Assembly (NCBI GenBank): GCA_964642725.1 | Contig: CAZXQG010000002.1 | Location: 101,551-133,550, forward strand | Length of the DNA stretch: 32,000 nucleotides | DNA from: an uncultured Chitinophagaceae bacterium | Lineage (GTDB): Bacteria > Bacteroidota > Ignavibacteria > UBA10030 > UBA8401 | Reading direction: 5' to 3' | Shown here: positions 1-6,966 of the stretch, piece after piece | Layout: each line of letters begins with the position of its first letter | Numbering within the stretch: position 1 is the stretch's first letter | Notes under the pieces: model-generated | The model's database searches: none | Seen by the model: the letters and a program-made list of their open reading frames with translations, nothing else | Told to the model about the DNA's origin: nothing | Made by a program: the position numbers and the translations under genes

Positions 1-2
1 GG

Positions 3-140
3 AAGGCCAACTTATTTTTACCGTTGTTTTTGTTATTGATTCGACCGAAATATTATAAGGACCCTGAAGATACTGTGTTGGATAAGATCCGTCATCAACT
101 GGATACTGCTGGCAGCTCGAAAAGAACAATGAAAGTATAA
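3..140 (+). CDS. possible C-terminal fragment of a gene that starts left of the window (hypothetical)
   Basis: Frame 3 is open from the window edge to TAA at 138-140 (..LFLPLFLLLIRPKYYKDPEDTVLDKIRHQLDTAGSSKRTMKV*). It is too short for the ORF track and I recognise no family. Confidence 0.2.
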   Translation, partial: KANLFLPLFLLLIRPKYYKDPEDTVLDKIRHQLDTAGSSKRTMKV

Positions 141-230
141 AAAACAATAATATCGTCGACCAATTCATAATTAAAGAAATATCTTTATGTGTCGTTTGCG
201 ATTATTACCATCTTAACTCGAGCAGAAGCG

Positions 231-314
231 AGCTAACTCCGTCCGCCAGATCTGCCGATGTGCAGTATTGAATTCACTATCACGCGCCGCGCGGCTTGAC
301 CGACTGGGTTAGGC
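231..314 (-). repeat. 84-nt imperfect palindrome with integron attC-like termini (AGCTAAC ... GTTAGGC)
   Basis: A gap-free fold about a centre at 272/273 pairs position i with 545-i. I count 23 Watson-Crick and 6 G-U pairs out of 42. The outer boxes are 231-237 AGCTAAC and 308-314 GTTAGGC (GCCTAAC on the gene strand, which equals the RYYYAAC consensus). Box 308-314 lies 25 nt beyond the stop codon (340-342) of the 340-903 gene. Confidence 0.35.
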
Positions 315-339
315 GCGCCAAGCTTCTTACGCAATATTC

Positions 340-903
340 TCACTTTCGTTCATAGTTGAGTAATACTATTCCGCAGTCAAATGCAGTCGATTTGACTAAG
401 GTTAAGTGTTGTTTCTGAGCCAGTTCTTTGAAGATCGTCATACCCTTGCCGATGGCAACAGGATTTATGAACAAATGAAATTGGTCGATAAGTCCAGCGC
501 TAATCAAATCCGATACGAAGGTAGCGCCACCGTATACGATAATGTCTCCGCCGTTCTTATTCTTTAGGTTTTTAACCTCTTCAATCAAGTCGCCTTTCAC
601 AATGTCCGTGTATTGCCAGTCAGATCTCGCAAGCGTTTTTGTGAAAACTAACTTATGTGTTTCTACCATTTTTTTAGCAAAAACATCAGCAGTTTTCGGA
701 TCAGCCAATTGTGAAGCCCAAGTTGGAATGAATCCCTGAGCAAGTTTTCGCCCAAGCAAAATACAATCAACTGGCTCCGTGATTTCGATTATATACTCTT
801 TTAGCTTGTCATCCCAATTCCATTCCAACCAATCCATTTCGCTGTTCGGCCCTGCAACGAAACCGTCAACACTCATTTGCATTTGTAATTTTAGAATCCT
901 CAT
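340..903 (-). CDS. dihydrofolate reductase family protein (RibD C-terminal domain type)
   Basis: 187-aa ORF. The N-terminus MRILKLQMQMSVDGFVAGPNSEMDWL and the blocks ILLGRK and VYGGATF are typical of the RibD_C/YwjB-like reductase family. AAGGAG lies 8 nt upstream of ATG 903. Confidence 0.85.
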   Translation of the reverse strand: MRILKLQMQMSVDGFVAGPNSEMDWLEWNWDDKLKEYIIEITEPVDCILLGRKLAQGFIPTWASQLADPKTADVFAKKMVETHKLVFTKTLARSDWQYTDIVKGDLIEEVKNLKNKNGGDIIVYGGATFVSDLISAGLIDQFHLFINPVAIGKGMTIFKELAQKQHLTLVKSTAFDCGIVLLNYERK

Positions 904-944
904 GATGGGTACTCCTTTTTTGGATTGTTAACGTAATACTTTTT

Positions 945-1008
945 GGCGCCGCGTAACGAACGAGCTACAGGGACGAAGCCATGGCTCCGTGAGTTACCGC
1001 TTATCGCC
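945..1008. repeat. 64-nt imperfect hairpin with a GCGTAAC ... GTTACCGC core
   Basis: Stem segments seen by eye: 945-948/1005-1008, 951-952/999-1000, 953-957/993-997, 960-962/988-990 and 963-967/982-986, about 19 bp with bulges. The element lies 42 nt upstream of the 340-903 gene start and 208 nt downstream of the 1217-1618 gene stop. Confidence 0.3.
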
Positions 1009-1216
1009 ATAGTGCTCCGTGTGACTTGAACAACTGGTAAGGTTCGCGTGGAGATTTATCAATTCTCTGGCATGTTGTATGCGCCCATTTCAGAACTTAT
1101 CATTTTCAATTCTTCGTTGTATAGTTTTGATTGTCATACATGTTTGTCTGTTCTCTAAGAGATCTTTCAATTGTTTCATAACACGATACGCGATTATTAC
1201 AGTATCGAATGAGCAA

Positions 1217-1618
1217 TTAATTTCTTTGTAGTAGAATTGCCGGGACATGTAAAGAATCTATTGATCGGAGGGTGTCAATCGCAGAATGCCAATCCGGAAT
1301 TCCGATATTGTGTAGTGATCCATCCGGCGATTGTAAAGTCTGCAAAGCTTGTTTTAGATATCTGCGAGCCGGTTCTGGGATTGTCTCAGATACGGAGGAA
1401 GGACTTGGATACATTTCCGTAACTGCAGTATCCCAATTTGCTGTTGATGCAGCTGTGGTGATGCCGCCACATCTCGCACATTTATAGAACCGCCAAAATC
1501 GATGATTCTGGCCAGTGTAATCGATACTCTCAATTTGAGTTTGGTTAATTAGACTAGGAGTTTCAACACTGCAATATGGACAACGGTCAAGATCGAGCTG
1601 ATTTTTTAGCAATGGCAT
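1217..1618 (-). CDS. hypothetical zinc-ribbon protein
   Basis: 133-aa ORF with two CxxC pairs (CPYC ... CARC) in the first 50 residues. AAAGGA lies 6 nt upstream of the ATG. The segment IPEPARRYLKQALQTL loosely recalls the start of DUF4145-type domains; this is from memory and unverified. Confidence 0.55.
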   Translation of the reverse strand: MPLLKNQLDLDRCPYCSVETPSLINQTQIESIDYTGQNHRFWRFYKCARCGGITTAASTANWDTAVTEMYPSPSSVSETIPEPARRYLKQALQTLQSPDGSLHNIGIPDWHSAIDTLRSIDSLHVPAILLQRN

Positions 1619-1642
1619 ATTTGATCCTTTTCATGAATTGGG

Positions 1643-1668
1643 TTAACGGACCGTAGCCGGTCTGTTAA
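1643..1668. repeat. 11-bp hairpin carrying GTTAAC / GTTAAT
   Basis: TTAACGGACCG / CGGTCTGTTAA (1643-1653 / 1658-1668) forms 11 bp including one G-U, with a 4-nt loop. It sits 25 nt upstream of the 1217-1618 gene start. No T-tract follows on either strand. Confidence 0.3.
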
Positions 1669-1805
1669 TGATCATCCCCATAAAAAACAAAAACCTCCAT
1701 CCTTCAACATCGAATCCAGAGGCTTCATATTTGAACCGTCTCGCTCGAATCGGTCGTCTATTCGCAGAAATGTAACAGAAATCGAAAGGAGAATCAAGTT
1801 ATAGA

Positions 1806-1899
1806 GGGCGACGGTAGTGGGCTAATTTGCACAATCGACCCTTTGGGAGAAGGACAGTGAAGCGGTTTCTAGACCAAACTAGCCCACTACCTGGGCGAC
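1806..1899. mobile_element. MITE-like miniature element with 17-nt terminal inverted repeats, a 45-nt core and a flanking 7-nt direct repeat GGGCGAC
   Basis: 1813-1829 GGTAGTGGGCTAATTTG matches the reverse complement of 1875-1891 at 16 of 17 positions. GGGCGAC occurs at 1806-1812 (abutting the left repeat) and at 1893-1899 (1 nt from the right repeat). Confidence 0.35.
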
Positions 1900-2366
1900 A
1901 TGACATTTCTATTAAGTAATAACATAACTTCAAACAACTGTACGATCTCGGCGTAGAGGTCGGATATCTTGTTTCGCATCAAGTCGATCAACCGGGAACA
2001 AAAGGTCGACTCATTGATATTTTGAAGCTAAAAAATCTAGTACCCGTTGGAGCAATGTCTGGTGCCAATTAGAGTAAGCATGTCAAAAAGTGTCAATGTT
2101 TACGGAACGATCCGATTAGTTTGGACATTAATGATACTATAATTCGCTTAAATCCCGCCCTCCGCTCAGGCGGCGAGCGGGGGGAGAAGAGGAAAAATGC
2201 ATAAGCAGTCGATTCGAGTGGAATTGCGGTTGTGGACTTATTTGGAATTTGTATACTAATAATACAGATTTTCAAAGACATATGGCAGTCAGGTCACACA
2301 AGACTGCACAGAAGCGGCAAATCAAATCGAATTCGCCGAGTTTAAGGGAGTCTTGATCAGTGGGTT

Positions 2367-2394
2367 CGAGGTTCGAGGCCTGGTGGGTGCACGA
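2367..2394 (+). other. tRNA 3'-end-like remnant (T-arm, acceptor 3' strand and discriminator); not a complete tRNA
   Basis: The sequence reads CGAGG TTCGAGG CCTGG TGGGTGC A CGA. The T-stem pairs at 4 of 5 positions, the T-loop fits TTCGAnn and the G53/C61 pair is present. No matching 5' acceptor strand (GCACCCA) occurs in the 80 nt upstream. A 7-nt tandem GTTCGAG GTTCGAG sits at 2364-2377. Confidence 0.25.
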
Positions 2395-2398
2395 AACA

Positions 2399-2440
2399 GT
2401 CCAGAATTCTATGAGAGTTCTGGGCTTTGTGTTTTGTGTG
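2399..2440 (+). terminator. Rho-independent terminator with no intact plus-strand gene upstream
   Basis: GTCCAGAATTCT atg AGAGTTCTGGGC forms a 12-bp stem (2 G-U pairs) with a 3-nt loop, followed by TTTGTGTTTTGTGTGG. Confidence 0.6.
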
Positions 2441-2486
2441 GTGGATGGTAAGACAGGACTTTTTTTATTTCCAAAGCTCGGTCAGA

Positions 2487-4427
2487 TCAATTCCATATCC
2501 GGACAGGTAAAACGACCATCGCAAGTCCATCAAGTTCCAACCGATTTTGGATAGCGTACGCCGTTTCGCTGTGAAGAATCCGCTGATACCATTTTGGCTT
2601 CTGAAAGACAAGTTTCCCGGCAAAAAAGACCGACTGCTTGAACTCGCCAGAGAGCTCTTTGCAAATCCTTTCCGCTGCCTCTACCGCTTCTGTCCCAATA
2701 GACATTCGCGATCCCGATAAAAGGCCGAGGTTGGTCGCCAACTGCACGTACCGCTGCAATTCTTTTTTGGTATTCTCTTCAAGCCGCTCGACCTCGTCTG
2801 CCCCTTTGAAATTTCCCGAATCTACGACTGCTACCGACACAAATATCATTTGATGGAAATAGCCAGGAAACTGTTTTATAATATTCAACACAGAATGAAT
2901 ACCCAGACCATTGTAACTTTCGACGAGCAGAATAGCCGTCGGTTTATTTCCGACAAGTTCTTTCTCGGGACGGATCGGAATATTTTCCGTAGGGAGGCCT
3001 TCGAGGATGTCCGACAACGAACGAAGTTTCTTATTTACAAGACGGTAGTGCCTTCGAATAATAAAACAGAGAAGTATCAATCCTGATGTGACGACAACGG
3101 TCATCCATGCGCCCTGTTGGAATTTTTCTATCACAACGATCGTTAGAATCGAAAGACAAAGCACAAGGCCCGTCATGTGGACCGGCAAAGATTTTTTCCA
3201 TTCCGGATATTTCTTGCGCTCTGTAATCCAGAATTTAACCATGCCTATTTCCGTCAACGAAAAAGTAATAAATACGTTAATGGAGTACATTGTCACCAGA
3301 GCGTCAATGTTTCCGCCGGTGTAAAAGAGCGTAGCAATGGATGCGGCACCGATAAGCATGATGCCATAATGCATGGTCAACCGGTCGGAGAGCGAGGCAA
3401 ACCGATGCGGCAGCCAACGGTCGTTTGCCATATTTGCCATCACGCGCGGACCGTCGATGAACCCCGTCTGTGCAGCGACAAACAAGAGCGCAGCTTCCGA
3501 CGCTAGAACAAGCACGACAAACCATGGTCCGAAATTGACTTTTTCAACCATGACCGCATTAAGGGTTTTTCCCGGCTGCTCGCTCACACCGAGCAATAGA
3601 TAGATGAGCAGAATTGAACCCGCTGTTATCGCGAGGGAGGTTGCCATGTACACCATCGTTCGTTTAGCGGTCGGAACCCGCGGCTCGCGCATGATTTGAA
3701 TGCCATTCGACACCGCTTCAATTCCAGTATACGTTCCGGCTCCCCGCGAATATGCACGCGCTAAGATCACGAACATTCCCCAGAAACCAAGAGTGCTGTA
3801 AGTGATATGCAGATTTTGTCCAACATGTGAGGCAATAGCCGGAGCTTCATGAAAATGCTGAATGATTGCACCGCCAAAGAGAACCAGATGGGCAATGACA
3901 AACGTAATAAAGATCGGAACCATAACGGCAATGGACTCTTTAATGCCGCGGAGGTTTAGAATAACGAGAACCACGATGGCAACGGCTTCTACCGGCACCA
4001 TCCACGTTTGCCAGGCATACGGCAGGAAACTGAAGATTTGTGCGGCACCGGATGCAATCGAGACGGTAATCGTGAGAATATAATCAACAAGCAATGCGCT
4101 TCCAGATACCACACCGAATGGTGCACCAAGAAGTTTAGTCGCAACAACATACCCGCCGCCGCCGCTTGGAAAATGCTCAATAATCCGGCTGTATGCGTAT
4201 GAAATGATAAAAACCGTTAATGCCGTTGCAAAGGCGAGGACAATAGCGAGTTCTGTATGTCCGGATAATGCCCGAAATGCTTCATCGGGGCCGTATGCTG
4301 AGGAGCTAAGTCCATCGGCTCCGAGTCCTACCCAGGCAAGGAATGCAATAAGCGAAATCTTGTGGAAGAGTTTTGGGTCGTGAATATCGCGTGGTGTTCC
4401 GATGATTACTTCTTTGATACTTTTCAA
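2487..4427 (-). CDS. APC-superfamily permease, KimA-like (possible K+/H+ symporter), with a soluble C-terminal domain
   Basis: 646-aa ORF with many hydrophobic helices. The blocks GADGLSSSAYGPDEAF and FPSGGGGYVVATKLLG resemble B. subtilis KimA (SSDALSSVAYGTE, YPQGGGAYIVSKENLG; recalled from memory). A cytoplasmic tail of roughly 180 aa follows. The start is TTG at 4427 with GAAGGA upstream and an in-frame TAA immediately before it. Confidence 0.85.
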   Translation of the reverse strand: MKSIKEVIIGTPRDIHDPKLFHKISLIAFLAWVGLGADGLSSSAYGPDEAFRALSGHTELAIVLAFATALTVFIISYAYSRIIEHFPSGGGGYVVATKLLGAPFGVVSGSALLVDYILTITVSIASGAAQIFSFLPYAWQTWMVPVEAVAIVVLVILNLRGIKESIAVMVPIFITFVIAHLVLFGGAIIQHFHEAPAIASHVGQNLHITYSTLGFWGMFVILARAYSRGAGTYTGIEAVSNGIQIMREPRVPTAKRTMVYMATSLAITAGSILLIYLLLGVSEQPGKTLNAVMVEKVNFGPWFVVLVLASEAALLFVAAQTGFIDGPRVMANMANDRWLPHRFASLSDRLTMHYGIMLIGAASIATLFYTGGNIDALVTMYSINVFITFSLTEIGMVKFWITERKKYPEWKKSLPVHMTGLVLCLSILTIVVIEKFQQGAWMTVVVTSGLILLCFIIRRHYRLVNKKLRSLSDILEGLPTENIPIRPEKELVGNKPTAILLVESYNGLGIHSVLNIIKQFPGYFHQMIFVSVAVVDSGNFKGADEVERLEENTKKELQRYVQLATNLGLLSGSRMSIGTEAVEAAERICKELSGEFKQSVFFAGKLVFQKPKWYQRILHSETAYAIQNRLELDGLAMVVLPVRIWN

Positions 4428-4942
4428 TTACGATCCTTCGCGTTGTTAAACTAACTTGTCCCATCTGTTGCAAAATGTTGACCTACTTTCTGATTACTAA
4501 CTCGTCTGCTGCATTTCGATCCCTGCATTTTCTTGCACCAATTGCTACGCAAAAGGCCCTGTTATTCCACTCATTGGAAATTCAGTGGCTTCTCATAACC
4601 CGGTCATCCCCGGTTTCCGTCAAAATGTACGTTAAAAAATATCCAAAAAAAAGCTCAATGTTGGGAGGTGTGAACATCGTTGAAAGGCAGGGAAGCGTGA
4701 GGGATCAAAAAATTGAATATTTGTGTCTAAAAATCGAACTGCTCATTTGTAAGCCAGAGACTTTTCGCTAAACGAATACTCCAGACTAACTGAAAATAAG
4801 GGTTTGCGGCAGCAATGAACGACTTGGTCCACCGAAAAGGAATCATGAGCGGGGGAAAATGCCTTTCGGACGCTTTCTTCTTCTTTGTAGGAGTTTGCGC
4901 TTGAATCTGAGAGCATAATTGCCTGAAATACCTACTTTCTTC

Positions 4943-4970
4943 TTGACAAATCTAAAAAATATACTATATT
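4943..4970 (+). promoter_or_regulatory. sigma70-like promoter candidate for the 5112-10345 operon
   Basis: TTGACA (4943-4948), a 16-nt spacer, then TATATT (4965-4970). This is the only good -35/-10 pair I see in the 684-nt gap on this strand. Confidence 0.35.
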
Positions 4971-5111
4971 TACAAGCAATTAGGCGAGAATTTGCAAGAA
5001 GTATTTAAATTGATTGCGTTAATTACCTCTAAATTGCAACACTGGTTGTTGGGATAATACTGGCGGCTGTATTCGAATTTCCTTTTCAATCACAATGCGC
5101 AGACAAACATT

Positions 5112-6242
5112 ATGCAATCTCGGTACAATTATCTTTTTGCAATTAGTTTCACCGCTATCTTAAGTATTTTACTCTCCTTCACAGCCGAAGCCCAACAACA
5201 AACCCAAAGCCAAGAGTCTCCAGCCGCTGAAGCGAAGTTTCCTTCCACGGAGAATTCTAAGCTCATTTCGATTTTTCCAAAATTCGACATTGCGCTGGAC
5301 ACCGCGTTGGCCGGAATGGCGCCGATATTGAAGGAAGTTAGTCCAAGCATCAGGACGTTGTTGTTGTATAAAACGAAAATCCGTTGGCCGTTCAAAGAAG
5401 AGTTAACATATTCCGAATTTCAATTTCTTTCGAGCTATTTCGAGGGGAAATTAAAAAATGCGTTGATTCGTGACGGGAGATTTGCCGCGGTAGCGGCGCA
5501 AGATTTGAAGACGCTGTCTTTTAAAGCGACGGACAGCACACTTCAAGTGAAGAATACGTATTCTGAGGATGAAATCCATGCCTATGCGAAAGCCCATAAT
5601 GTCGACGGCATTGTGTCCACAGACGTACTGGTTTCTGCGAATCAAATCATAATGTTTGTGAATATTAACGACCTTCATGGTGTTACCGTATGGAGCAAAG
5701 AGCTTAAGGCGGATTATCGGGTAATTCCGACAGATCCCGGTTCCGAACTTGCCGCACAGTATGCTTTGAAAAGAAAAACAGGTTTAATTGAGAACTATTT
5801 GACGGTCGGATTTAACCTTGGAACGCCGTACATTCTCGGAGTCAAGGATACTGCGGGCTCGGTCGGCTTTTATTCGATCGGCTACCGCCTGAACGAGATG
5901 GCGACAATTATGAATTTTCTAAAGTTTTACATAGATTCACGGCTTATAGGAACTTCAAAATTTGGATTGATGGGCGCCATTGTGATGCCCGGCCTTTCGT
6001 TTGAAATTATTGGCAATGACCAGATCGGCCCGGGAATTCTCATGCTCGATGTCGCCGGAGGGTTTGACATCTCATTCAAGAACAACGGCATTGCAGAATC
6101 GTATTACGGCGGACTTTCACTCCGGCTTAGCAGGAATATCGGAGTGACAGGATTTTACAATATCATTTCCATCAATAAAAGTTTCAGCAGCTTTGATATT
6201 GGCGGGCCGCTCTACGGGCTCCAAGTGAATTTTGTTCTTTAA
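5112..6242 (+). CDS. secreted protein with a probable outer-membrane beta-barrel C-terminal half (hypothetical)
   Basis: 376-aa ORF with signal peptide MQSRYNYLFAISFTAILSILLSFTAEA/QQQ. The central domain ends in DGIVSTDVLVSANQIIMFVNINDLHGVTVWSKEL, a pattern I associate with LpoB/CsgG/FlgO-type lipoprotein folds. The C-terminal half has alternating hydrophobic residues and Gly/aromatic-rich strands (GGLSLRLSRNIGVTGFYNII ... LYGLQVNFVL). Confidence 0.7.
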   Translation: MQSRYNYLFAISFTAILSILLSFTAEAQQQTQSQESPAAEAKFPSTENSKLISIFPKFDIALDTALAGMAPILKEVSPSIRTLLLYKTKIRWPFKEELTYSEFQFLSSYFEGKLKNALIRDGRFAAVAAQDLKTLSFKATDSTLQVKNTYSEDEIHAYAKAHNVDGIVSTDVLVSANQIIMFVNINDLHGVTVWSKELKADYRVIPTDPGSELAAQYALKRKTGLIENYLTVGFNLGTPYILGVKDTAGSVGFYSIGYRLNEMATIMNFLKFYIDSRLIGTSKFGLMGAIVMPGLSFEIIGNDQIGPGILMLDVAGGFDISFKNNGIAESYYGGLSLRLSRNIGVTGFYNIISINKSFSSFDIGGPLYGLQVNFVL

Positions 6243-6267
6243 CGAATACGAAGATGAGGGATTGTAT

Positions 6268-6948
6268 ATGAAAAGAGTGTTAGGTCTGGCGCTGTTTTTT
6301 TATGCATTTTGTTCCTGCATCATGGCCCAGGAGAGTTCGACGACGCGCGCTGATTCGACAGCCAAAAGCCAGATGAAATCACAAACGACATCCGCGAAGG
6401 AGAGCGCGACTCCGTCCGCTCCAGCCGCAGTGAAGCTAAACACTCCAACCCTCAATATGGATGTTTTGCTTGACCTGTACAACAAAGATATTGACTTCAC
6501 TATAGATTATTCCGGCAAAGCAGTCAAGCGAAATGAAGAGGAGCAACAACCGAATCGAAGAAAACGCGCCGGCGATGCAACGAACGATTTGCTGAAGCCC
6601 CAAGATGAAGACCTTGCATCGGATATTCAGGACATTGTCGACACATCAAAAGTAAAAAAGAAACAGCCGCGGCAAGGGACGTATACAAAGGATGATGCCG
6701 ATTATAACAAAGCGTTGTACAGCCTTCAAGAAGCGCAGACTCTTTTTTCTGAACGCCGGTACGCGCAGGCGCTTGGCGAGATTAATAAATCAGTAGATGC
6801 CGCACCGAATATGGCGCTCGCATACGCCGTCCGCGGTTCAATTTATTATATGTTGAGGCAGTTTCCCGAAGCAAAACTTAGCTGGGAAAAAGCGCTCGAA
6901 CTTGACCCGTCGATGGACAATGTGCGGGCGATACTCTATCGAATGTAA
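6268..6948 (+). CDS. secreted TPR-repeat protein
   Basis: I prefer ATG 6268 (MKRVLGLALFFYAFCSCIMAQ signal peptide, GAGGGA upstream) over the track start at 6232. A Ser/Thr/Lys-rich low-complexity linker is followed by C-terminal TPR units (YAQALGEINKSVDAAPNMALAYAVRGSIYYMLRQFPEAKLSWEKALELDP). Confidence 0.75.
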   Translation: MKRVLGLALFFYAFCSCIMAQESSTTRADSTAKSQMKSQTTSAKESATPSAPAAVKLNTPTLNMDVLLDLYNKDIDFTIDYSGKAVKRNEEEQQPNRRKRAGDATNDLLKPQDEDLASDIQDIVDTSKVKKKQPRQGTYTKDDADYNKALYSLQEAQTLFSERRYAQALGEINKSVDAAPNMALAYAVRGSIYYMLRQFPEAKLSWEKALELDPSMDNVRAILYRM

Positions 6949-6966
6949 TTAACTGAAAGGTCCAGT

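Noticed and set aside
977-986. Perfect 10-nt palindrome AGCCATGGCT inside the 945-1008 element
   Set aside because: It has no loop, so it cannot form a hairpin on its own, and its centre is offset from the larger fold. It is probably just part of the imperfect palindrome (or an NcoI-type site) and not a separate feature.
198-1200. 11-nt direct repeat GCGATTATTAC at 198-208 and 1190-1200, flanking the DHFR-family gene
   Set aside because: An 11-mer recurring within a couple of kb of AT-rich DNA is close to chance expectation. The flanks do not extend the match, and the positions do not coincide with the palindromic elements.
2093-2554. Track ORFs 2093-2281 (-) and 2360-2554 (+)
   Set aside because: Both are short, lack start context and span the tRNA-like remnant and terminator, or run into the transporter 3' end. 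I treat them as non-coding.
4475-4771. 98-aa plus-strand ORF in the long intergenic region
   Set aside because: It has no ribosome-binding site and a low-complexity, unprotein-like composition, and I recognise no motif. It most likely reflects random open frame in non-coding DNA.
4836-4914. Plus-strand fragments resembling the 5' conserved block of the c-di-AMP (ydaO-yuaA) riboswitch: GGAATCATGAGCGGGGGA at about 4838-4856 and CGCTTGAATCTGAGAGC at 4898-4914, next to a KimA-like transporter
   Set aside because: They are on the opposite strand from the transporter. They are in the wrong order relative to the B. subtilis element as I remember it. They lack the ACCCA continuation and the 3' ACCCGAAUCC..CAGCUAAC block, and they lie upstream of the only good plus-strand promoter candidate. 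This could be chance similarity; only a covariance-model search can settle it.
4992-5039. Repeated TTGCAA hexamers (4992-4997, 5034-5039, also 4468-4473) as possible operator sites
   Set aside because: A 6-nt AT-rich palindrome recurring in AT-rich intergenic DNA is expected by chance. The flanking bases are only loosely similar.
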